Below, one piece after another: positions 54,007 through 64,000 of a DNA stretch of 64,000 bases. Each line of letters begins with the position of its first letter. The first letter of the stretch is position 1. The stretch is from Octopus vulgaris (taxonomy: Eukaryota): positions 38,688,001 through 38,752,000 of the forward strand of contig OX597814.1 in NCBI GenBank assembly GCA_951406725.2, in the 5' to 3' direction. The notes below the pieces were generated by a model, which saw only the letters and a list, made by a program, of their open reading frames with translations, had not been told where the DNA came from and ran no database searches. Both the position numbers and the translations under genes were made by a program.

Positions 54007-55030
54007 AAATAGACACTTTGATAAGAATAATAGGCATTCTAAATATGTCAATATTAGTACAATTAGAATAGGTTATAGCCTTACACATAATTTAGGGAGC
54101 ATTATATCCTCCCTGAATAATAATAAAAACATTAGATACTTTCTACTCTAATATAAACAAAAATATCAGCGGCGGCGGTATTAGTAGAAACAAAAACATA
54201 AACACCGCCCCAGACTTAGTACGGAATTCACTCAGAACAAAAATTAACCACTTTAGCCTCAATAGACATAATCCTACCCACGAAGAAGCATCTCGATCCC
54301 GCAGAGCATTATCTGTGTGACTGTAGGAACAGGGACAAGTGTACCTTCGGCAATACTTGTGGAATTAAGGATGTTATCTGTTAATATACAGTCACAGTAC
54401 AGTGAAGTAGAATGTGCTATATTGGTGCAACCCCAAATGAAATTAAACGAAAACTAGCCATGCAACACCATTCTTTTAGAAATAAAAACAGAATTTATTT
54501 GACATGTTTAAGTATATTTGGGAGCTCAAAGATAGTAACACTAGCTGCACATTGAAATGGGAGATTCTCTTTCAGGTACACTACAAAGCACAAATAAGCG
54601 ACTTACAATTAGCCGGTTAATATTCAAGACCAAATCACATGTTAAGTATTATCAGTTAATAGAACTCACAAGTTGACGCAGTATACTAGATATGATTAAT
54701 AAGCATTACATAGTCATTGAAGATACATAGCTCGTATCACTGTAAAACAATTTAAAAGAGTATATTGCTACTATATGGGTACAGTTGATACCGGGTCCAC
54801 TTGCAAATTAGTACTATTAGTAAAGTTGCGTTAATTCAAACAATTTATTAAATATACTTAAAAAGCAATAAGAAATTCCCTAAGATTTGAATGAAATACT
54901 AATTAAGTCTAATACTTAAATAGACACTTTGATAAATATGATAGGTATCGTAAGCATATAAATAGTAGTACAATAAGGAGAAGTTATAGCCTTACATATA
55001 ATATAGGGAACATTATATCCTCACTGAAAA
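54007..55030 (+). mobile_element. Penelope-like remnant: GIY-YIG region flanked by ~110-bp direct repeats
   Basis: CDCRNRDKC..GNTC...YIGATPNEIKRK...HSFRN...YIWELKD....LKWEIL; direct repeats at 54007-54120 and 54918-55030. Confidence 0.75.
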
Positions 55031-55452
55031 ATTTTTTTAAATGATTTAAAAATATACTACTTTAATCTTCTATGATGGGTTTGTACCAAATTTCAGGTCC
55101 TAGGATAAAAGGTGCAACTACGAGGTGTGGTCCAGGGGAATGTCGTAGATTTATTAAGAACAAGGACACATATACGCACACATATAGACATATGTACACA
55201 CTAACATGGACGCAAACACATGCGCATATAAAGTTACACAACATAGAAGAACAGAATGAAATAAGAGGAGCAAGCGCTCACAGAAAAACAGAAAATGTCG
55301 CTGAAGAAGTCACAGATGAGTGCAGAAAGGTTTCCGGACAATGAAAATGAATTAGAATAGGAACAGTAATAAAGAAGTAAAAAACGATTACATAGTGCGT
55401 GTGTTTATTTGGAAGAAAAAATAACTATCCCGGAATACAACAATATATACAT

Positions 55453-55514
<62 letters not shown>

Positions 55515-55516
<2 letters not shown>

Positions 55517-56486
55517 TCTCCCCGTCTGTCTTGATAGACAATGGGTTGCGCCAAGGGTGGGGCCTACTTTGATGATGTGCAGCGTCTGCTGTGACTGAAC
55601 AGTCCAATTCTAGAGTGGCAGTCCCTGGTACAGTTGCTGCACACGAACATCGATGGGTACGTGTGGGGTGTTGCTGCAGTTGTCCTCCTCCTGGCCCCCC
55701 TGTCCGACCACAGCTGTGCTCTCCTTTCCTCAGCCATGGAAACGCCTTTCCTCACTCTCCGACGCCAGGCAGAGCGGTCAGCAGCTGTTACCTCCCACGT
55801 GTCCACACAGATGTTGGCAGTCCTCAGGTCGCGCTTGCACACATCCCTGTATCGTAGCTGTGGACGTCCCTTGGGTCGGGATCCCGTGGTGAGTTCGCTG
55901 TACACGATGTCTTTAGGCATGCGACCGTCCTGCATGCGGCAGACGTGTCCGAGCCAGCGCAGTCTTCTCCGCACGAGGAGGGCATGCATGCTTGGCATAT
56001 TAGTCTGTTCTAGGATGACTCCGTTTGGTACTCGGTCCTTCCAGGGGATGCCAAGGATCCGTCGAAGACACCGCATGTGGAAGCCGCTGAGGCGGCATTC
56101 TTGCCGGGTGTATGTTGTCCAGCTCTCGCTGCCGTAGAGTAGGGTGCTCAGCACGCAGGCTCGGTACACTGCGATCTTGGTGGTTATTGTGAGCATGTTG
56201 TTTTCCCTACTCTCCTGGAGAGCTTAACCATGGCAGCAGCAGCCCTCCCAATCCGTCTGTTCAGCTCCGGCTCGAGGGACAGGCTGGAGATCGTCGATCC
56301 CAGGTAAGTGAACTCGTTAACCACCTGCAAGTTGTGGTCGCCGACACTGATGCTGGGGACCCCTCCGACGTCCTGGCCCATGATCTCTGTCTTTTTCAGG
56401 CCGATGGTAAGGCCGAACTCTTGGCAGGCATCCGCCAGGGAGCTGAACAGCCTCTGGAGACCCGGCTGGTTGTGTGATGTTAGGGT

Positions 56487-56491
<5 letters not shown>
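55515..56491 (-). mobile_element. RTE-clade (BovB-like) LINE, 5'-truncated, inserted in a (TA)n tract
   Basis: FGLTIGLKKT, FTYLGS, LLYGSESW, RRLRWLGHVCRM..GRMPK, R..GRP..RY.D, C-terminal C..C...CHSRIGLFSH...C finger; short 3' UTR; one frameshift ~56205. Confidence 0.93.
55564..56490 (-). pseudogene. C-terminal part of RTE ORF (post-YADD RT, thumb, zinc finger)
   Basis: ORFs 56184-56534 and 55564-56196 join by restoring 1 nt (RV[W]ENNMLT). Confidence 0.88.
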
Positions 56492-56526
<35 letters not shown>

Positions 56527-56553
56527 TCATGCATACATATGCACGTACAAATA

Positions 56554-56751
56554 CACGAGGCGAAGCTATAAATTTCCTGGTTTTCAGGGAGTCGCCTAGC
56601 CTGCGGGGTTATTTTACAATACTGAGAGACATCGAAAGAGCGCTACAATAAAGGTGTGAAACTGAGAGTGGGTTGATTCAATAAAATCCTTAAATAATCC
56701 TTCTGTATTTTCTATTACCTAAAGCCTGGAAATTTTCAGTCCCACCACATA
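56554..56751 (+). mobile_element. Mariner-derived MITE-like deletion derivative
   Basis: Imperfect TIRs cacgagg...gctataaatttcctgg / cctggaaattttcag.cccacc; internal ERYNKGVKLR resembles the mariner C-terminus RW.KCI...G.Y. Confidence 0.6.
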
Positions 56752-56939
56752 TGTGGGGATTGTATATGCATATTCGTGCATATAGGGGAAACCTCAACTT
56801 TATATTACAGTTTCTACGTACATTTCACCATTTTGGTACCATACAGTAGGTGTTCCAACTTCATCTAGACGCTTAACCACAACAGATCAACATAGAAGAG
56901 GAGGTCTAAACATTAAATTAGCAGCCGTACACAAATGTA

Positions 56940-56986
<47 letters not shown>

Positions 56987-56988
<2 letters not shown>

Positions 56989-57334
56989 TCTTTTACTCTT
57001 TTATATTTTCAGTCATTTGACTGCGGCCATGCTGGAGCACCTCGACCACGGGACTTATTATATCGGACCCTTTTGCCGAACCGCTAAGTAACGGGGACAT
57101 AAACACACCAGCATCGGTTGACAAGCAATGCTGTTTGGACAAACACAGACACACACATACATATACATATATACGACAGGCTTCTTTCAGTTTCCGTCTA
57201 CCAAATCCACTCACAAGGCATTGGTCGGCCCGGGGCTATAGCAGAAGACACTTGCCCAAGATGCCACGCAGTGGGACTGAACCCGGAACCATGTGGTTGG
57301 TTAGCAAGCTACTTACCACACAGCCACTCCTGCG

Positions 57335-57337
<3 letters not shown>
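56987..57337 (-). mobile_element. SINE family A, young near-full-length copy
   Basis: Near-identical reverse complement of 7347-7790, with a small deletion in the 3' half. Confidence 0.92.
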
Positions 57338-57379
<42 letters not shown>

Positions 57380-59034
57380 ATGCATATATAACTCTGTTTA
57401 TATGATGTAACTGAAGATAAAAACAAACATTAACGTATGTGTGTGAGTTCTGCGTCGTAATTTTTGCGGAGTAACAGCGTGTAATTATTTTATACTGTTT
57501 CATTGAACTTGTCTCGATAGGTAGACAGATAGATATATGTATGTGTAAGTACGTATTACCATTATTATTCTCATTCAAATCTGATGCTTCTTTAACGAAT
57601 TTTTGTCAATATTTATCCAAATGATTCATTAAATATTCAAATGCCGTTAACCTAAAATAAAGAAGCAAATATATTTTCGAAGGTATAGTTATAGGATTAT
57701 CAGGTGAGATTTTTTTGTTGCCAAAGTACCATTTGGAAATACGCCCCGTATTCATTTAGTAAAGTGTAGTATTCAGATCAAATTCTGTATACGTCTAATA
57801 TTATAAAATAACTAGTTACAATTTCAATCACTTACATGTAAAAAACAAAGCGTGATATATGAATGCATTTTATAGCAAATGCGTAAAACAGAAACCAATG
57901 AAAGAAAGAGTCTATTTTTAATGTATTGGGAGGACTGATGGATAAATATTTTGTTCCTCGCTATGTTACGCACATTATTTTGAAAATTATTTGCCCGTAG
58001 ACAGAAATTACTCAATATATAGATATGGATGTGTCTGCCAAACTCACCAATTTTTATGTTTTACTGAAGATTGCAAAATGCTGTATGTAACATGATCGTA
58101 TACGTCTCCAAGAGAACAGGATCAATTTTAATGCAGCCATTACTGTAAGATGCCTGTTCTATAATTAACCATGCAATGTTTTATTATATAATATCCGTTT
58201 TAATCTCCATATATATTTTGTCAGTAATGTGGTGTGATGCTTTTTCTGATTGTCTAAATATAAACATATGCTCTGGGATCACTCTTATCGAGATTTTCAA
58301 TAAAACATATAGTGTATATTACGTCACTTTTATTCAAATAAGTACTGTTAGCTCGGTAAAAATAATTTCGAATGGTTATTGTAATTACACAGACGACAAA
58401 ATTTTGAATATTTCTAATAGACATTTTTCTCTGCATGATACCTGCAGAAGTTGTAAATGTTTGATGATTTGAGGGAACATTTACTTTATTGGTTTTAAAA
58501 CTAATCTCAATGTTTTATCTGCTATGGTGTATATCGTCTACGACATATGGCTTCTATAGCAAAATTGAAAATTTTCCGGAAACAATGTATGGAGTGTTTA
58601 AGTTACACGGATACTTATAACATGATATTTCGTATCCTACTTTGTGCAATTTTTATGGTTAAATCTGCCTTGTATACATTGTAAACTATTTTTATTGCAC
58701 TAACTTTTAACATAACATTATGGTGATAAATACGTTTAGATAATCCATCTGCAAAGAACTAGTATGTGTAAAGGAATATACAAATATTATTACCTAAGGC
58801 ACAAGGTGGTGATCTGGCAGAATCGTGAGCACGCCCCTCCCTAAACTTTTGAAGCATTGTACCTATAAGTAGAAAGGATAATTATTTTAGTTTCTAAAAT
58901 TAATTATATTTGTCTCACGCTTCGATGTTTTTCCAGCTTGTACCGGTTGTACTAAGAGACATGAGCAACAGATAAATGTTTATTCTCATATTCAGAGTGT
59001 AATATGCAGGTATACATTAATATCGGTTTCAAGC

Positions 59035-59180
59035 AGGCAGCGAGCTAGTTGAATCGTTAGCATGACGGGCAAAGTGCTAAGCGGAATTTCGTCCGACTTC
59101 AGTATCTGTGTTAAAATTCCACTGGGTTCCACTTACCCCTTTCTCCATAATTGCTGATCCGGTGCGAAAATTTTAAAGCA
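59035..59180 (+). mobile_element. SINE family B, diverged and deleted
   Basis: ggcagcgagctagttgaatcgttagcatgacgggc...aaattcc. Confidence 0.6.
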
Positions 59181-59827
59181 AAATTGGTTGCAAGTTACAT
59201 GTATAAATTAACATTTGAATGTGAGTTACGACCACTTGTAGTAACTTACACTCGTGAAACTTCTGCCTGTAACAATTGTTATTTTCCGGCGAACTATGAT
59301 TAGCTGAACTACTAATAGAGCCAGCAATTCACGCACATGGCACAGTAAGGGGAGGAGGGCTCACCACGAGATACTCTTATGCCTTACACTCGATTTTTGT
59401 TACAGCAATTATAAAGCAAAAATGTAGAATATGTAAATGAAGGATCAAATTGCCCCTACAATTGCTAGAAATAGGATCTAAAAAATATAACTCGAATAAC
59501 AATACAAAATAACCAGCTTCGTATGTTCCAGGGACTGCGTGCAGCAAAACACAATATCTTTCTCCAGCAAGATTAAATTCGCTGAATGAAGTAATTTGAT
59601 AAGATCCTCTCATATGATTTCGAAATTTAACCGATAAAGTTTCGTTTCTCCTCGGGGGAATCCACAATTTACTCCGCGTTAGGAAGGTAGCTTCCTTCCC
59701 ATTAGCTCATGAGGGAAAAAAAACATTGAATAGCGAGTGTCAAAACTCAAAACGGTTTCAGTGTTTATAAACATAAAATAAGATATTATTAGGATAAATA
59801 TATAACAAATACATTATAATACAGGTG

Positions 59828-59895
<68 letters not shown>

Positions 59896-59983
59896 AGGAT
59901 AAGATCCTTAATTTAAATATCGATCTTATCAATTGGCCAGCATGGGAATAAAAACCTTCAAAGGTAATAATTATTAGTAAAAT

Positions 59984-60408
59984 TATAATTTCGGATATCT
60001 AAGAGATAGCACCACGCTGGAAATAGCAGTCAAAACCTGACTCTAAAACCACATTAAATGTTCATACAGCACGAGGAGGGAAGACAAAAGGACAAAATAA
60101 ACTAGCAAAATAAAACTAGCAAAAACAAATTACTGGATAATTACAGATCCCGGATTTCTGACCCGGCATTAGAAATACTTTGCCTCATCAGTGGAATATA
60201 CAGTGTAAATTCTACTCATGAGGCAAAGTATTTCTTATGTAGATTCAGAAATCCGGGATCTGGAATTATCCAGTTATTTATTTTGCTAGTTTATTTTGTC
60301 TTTTTGTCTTCTCTCCTGGTGCTGTATGACCATTTAATGTGGTTTTTAGAGTCGAGATTTGACTGCTATTTCCAGCGTGGTGGTATCTCTTAGATACCCG
60401 TAATTATA
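59984..60408. repeat. Fold-back: ~205-bp inverted arms, each with a hammerhead-like motif
   Basis: atctaagagata.caccacgctggaaatagcagtcaaa... mirrored by ...tttgactgctatttccagcgtggtg.tatctcttagat; centre ~60200. Confidence 0.95.
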
Positions 60409-60409
60409 G

Positions 60410-60457
<48 letters not shown>

Positions 60458-62199
60458 GTGCGAGTTAGTACATTACTAACTGCATTTATATAAACATTTA
60501 TATAAACATTTATGAGCGTGTGAGTATGTGTGTGCGTGTGGGTTTGTGTGCGATATACATGTATAGGTGAGCATGTTTATTATGTCTGTAAGTGTGTAGA
60601 TAAAATTATATTGTATGCCTGTTGTGTGAGTGTGTATGTCCTGAAATATAGAAACACATATTTTGTAATTTTAATACTTTATAACATGACCTTGCATATG
60701 CTACTGGTGTTTCTCTTCTATATTGCATATTAATTACAGATAATATTCCAACATACTCTAAATATCTCTTATGTGTTGAATAACAAATGTTGAGTTCCAA
60801 TGTTGCACCAGAATGAGATAGGATCTTCTCTCTCTGAATTATATTATTAGCTTGCATCTAGTCAGTGAATCACAAGCGAGCGATTTTATAGACGGTAATT
60901 TTAATCTAACTTTAATTACTGCTGTGACATTTTAATTTTCATTAGAATCCCCATGATAATTAACACAGCTAAATCAGTCAAAAGCGAAACGATAATTTGA
61001 ACAAATGAAAATTAATCAGAAATGAAAAACGGAAATTATGTATAAAAGTAATATATAACATTGTAGAAATCCGCGCGCGCGTGTGTTTACGTGTGTGTGG
61101 GCGCGCTATCTAATTTAACGGGTAATACTTCACATACGAACACCATAGAAATATTTGTTTGGTATATATAATATGGATGTAACAGCTGCTTCTACTTATG
61201 TAGAATCATAAAGTTCAATGTCTCCTGATGTTATGTATTACTTAAATTTTATAACACATTCAGTCTTAAGGATCCAATTAGAAGACATAGACTTACAGGC
61301 GTGTATTTATTCGATATATTCTAGACTCAATACATTATTTATCGGAGATACGGGATAAAGTCAGCTTTGCATATACACAGCAAACTCTGTTTTTGCTGTC
61401 TTAGCAACGTAATTCAAAATTATCATATATAAATTAAGCCTCGGATCAAATGAATGAATATTCTTTTATTAAATTTTGAAACAAACTATATCGGAAACAA
61501 ATACTGTCTCGTCAGCAACTAATGTCGACGGAAACCCCTTTCAGCACGTCAAGCTTGTGAATTTATGACGCAGAGAAGTTCGGCGTTGCCAGCAGCTTCA
61601 TCACCATCCTCAACATTATCATTGTCATTGTTGGCGCTGTCGTCATCATTATAAGCATCATAATCTTCGTAGTCGTTTTCATCATCGTCGACGTTGGCGT
61701 CATCATCATTACATTATTAATCCTTCCTTTGCACAATGATGATCTCGTTAACATTTGATCGTTTAAATGATTCCCTATCAAGACGTAAAGTGTTGATAAA
61801 GTGTATCTTTAACTATTCAACAACATTCGAATATTCTTCACCATTCTTAACAGGCAGATTAATTTCATGTATTCTATGTGCTTCCGGAAGAGAATCATTT
61901 CTGTGCAGACCTTGATCCCCTTACCAGGGATCCAAAATCTCCGATGGCAATAAGCACGACCGGACAATTTTGCAACCCCATAATATGATTGTTTCTATCT
62001 CTCTCCCTCTCCCTTCAGACCTTGGTACATATCTACCTTGTAGAGATCTGTTTCTTTTATTCGTGCATTAAATTCACAGTCGACATCAATTACGTAGCAA
62101 GTTCATTCCCTCTTTTCAAACGCTAAAATACTAAGATACTAAGATATGTTAGTCCTTGTGTTTTTCTTATGTTTTTGTCTATATATTATATGTTATAAT

Positions 62200-62790
62200 A
62201 TCTAATGCGCCCACTATGATAGGAATTGTTTCTGTGTTTATACTCCACATTCGAGTTACTTCTATTTCAAGGTCTTTGTATTTTGAAAGTCTCTACATTT
62301 CTTTCAGAGAAACGTTGTCATCTATTGGTATTGATACTTTGATTAGAAAACATTTTCTCCTGAAGATCACTGACGCCTATATCCGGCCTATTGGCCTTGA
62401 TTTCTCTATTTGTGTGTATTGGTATATCCCATAGTATGTTGATTTTTCATTCTTTGTGACGATTTCCGGCGTGTGCCTATACCATCTTTTTCTTTATTAT
62501 TCCATAGTGTTGGCACAGCTTCCAGTGTATATAGGTCCCAAATCTGTTGCGTCTGTGAATATATTTCTTCACAGACCGAATTGGGCAGCCAGAGACAATG
62601 TGGTTTATTATTTCTTGTCTGCAGTTACTTGTTATGTTTCTTTTCATTGTATGTTTTTTAGTAATTTCTGGTTGGGTGGCGTTGGTCTCTGCTTTGAGTC
62701 TTGAGCTTCTCAGCCATTGTTGGGATTTTGCTTTGTCGATTTCTCTTCTGTTTACTTTAACCCAGTATTTGTCATGAAGCGGCTTTTCTT
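62200..62790 (-). mobile_element. R4/Dong-like retrotransposon C-terminal fragment (CCHC region + RLE)
   Basis: KPLHDKYW...DKAKSQQWL...LKAET...INHIVSGCP...YIHWKLCQHY...KYKDLEIEVTRMW...IPIIVGAL. Confidence 0.85.
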
Positions 62791-62984
62791 ACCGTCGTTT
62801 TATCATCATCCGTTGCTGTTCCAGTTTTAGTTTGGATTTCAGTTGTTTTACGGCTTTTCTTGTTTCTTTTTTTTTTTCTTCATAGTTGTTCTGTAGTATG
62901 ATTTCTTTTTTTGCATTTGGCAGAGTCCTCAAAAATGTCGTTGTTGTTTTTATTGTTGTTGTTATCGTTGCTGCTGTCAAAACA

Positions 62985-63425
62985 TGGAGCTGGCAGAATC
63001 GTTAGAACGCCGGGTGAAATGCTTAGCGGTATTCCTTTTGTCTTTACGTTCTGAGTTCAAATTTCGCCGAGGTCGACTTTTCTTTTCAACATTTCGGGCT
63101 CCATAAATTAAATACCAGTTGCGTACTGGAGTCGATATGATCGACTGGCCCCTCCCCAACGAAAGGGTTATTATCATTGTCATTGTTGTTGCTTTTGGTG
63201 TTTTTGTTGTTGTTGTTGTTGTTGATTCTGTTTTTATGGCAATGAGCTGCCAGAATCGTTAGCACGCCGGGTTAAATGCTTACTGGTATTTACTCGGTCG
63301 GTATGTTCTGTGCTCAAATTCTATCTTTCATCTTTTCGGGGTCGATAAATTATGTACCACTCGATACATTAAGCACTGGCATCGACGTAATCGACTAGCC
63401 AGATTTTGAGGCTTTGTGGCTTTAG
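62985..63425 (+). mobile_element. Two SINE family B copies
   Basis: gagctggcagaatcgttag...ctgagttcaaattt.gccgaggtcgacttt...; second copy has tcatcttttcggggtcgataaatta. Confidence 0.85.
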
Positions 63426-64000
63426 TAGAATATATTATTAGTGTTGCTCTTATTGTTGCTGAATGATATAGATTTTTCCGAAATATAGAAAGTTTCATAA
63501 CTGCGTCCTTGCATCCAATTGATTAGAAGGGGATTTTGGGGCAGATGGGAAAAATTGTAGCAGATGTGAAAAAGTGTTGTCATTGTCTTCACAAACAGAA
63601 AAATAAAAATGATTCTCCTGGCATATTTAACATTATTTTGATCACTCATATATTTCGAGCCCAGCCTTGTTTGATTAGTAACTGCATCTAAAATTATGTA
63701 CCGAAACCTGAACGTTATATCGTAAAACGGTCATTTTAATTCTTGAATAACAACAAATTTTTACATTTTTTCTCGTTTCCTAGTAGTAATGTTTTCAATA
63801 ACCTTACAAAGTTTTCCGTTATGCTTTAGCGAATTTCCTGTTGTAAAATTCCACTTCACCTACTCAGTTACATGCATACATAGATTATATATTTCTGTTG
63901 TTTTAATTTCCTCTTTAATTAAATGCTTGGGTGTTTTTAATACCAGTTTGATGTGTTATGTCTTTATCTTTTTTATTCCCGTAGTTCAGTAGACCTTTTA

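Noticed and set aside
58176-58472. 98-aa ORF with signal-peptide-like N-terminus and cysteines
   Set aside because: Composition is expected from AT-rich noncoding DNA; no recognisable domain or supporting exon structure. RNA-seq would be needed.
63500-63690. GFW...MGKIVADVKKCCHC integrase zinc-finger-like stretch
   Set aside because: Too short, with no neighbouring LTR-element motifs.

Overview
AT-rich eukaryotic genomic DNA, most likely octopus/coleoid cephalopod, judged from recalled resemblance of the SINE families and the extreme (TA)n microsatellite load. It is probably intronic or intergenic: I can support no host protein-coding exon, rRNA, functional tRNA or CRISPR array. Most ORF-track entries are translations of microsatellites. 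The window contains: (1) a near-intact CR1-type LINE ORF2 (APE + RT, 9782-12856) broken only by two frameshifts in A-runs; (2) a GC-rich, 5'-truncated RTE/BovB-like LINE (55515-56491); (3) several decayed R4/Dong-like RLE retrotransposons beside (AAT)n tracts; (4) many Penelope-like element (PLE) remnants with GIY-YIG fragments; (5) at least three tRNA-derived SINE families; (6) mariner and Helitron-like relics. The most notable signal is a set of fold-back (inverted-repeat) elements whose arms carry minimal type I hammerhead ribozyme motifs pointing outwards. One has a tRNA-derived Pol III head fused to the hammerhead-bearing arm (candidate PLE-mobilised SINE). One has an apparent G3-C8 swapped catalytic core. 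One has an insertion before the GAAA box. All family assignments come from motif recognition by eye, not database searches, and boundaries of decayed elements are approximate.
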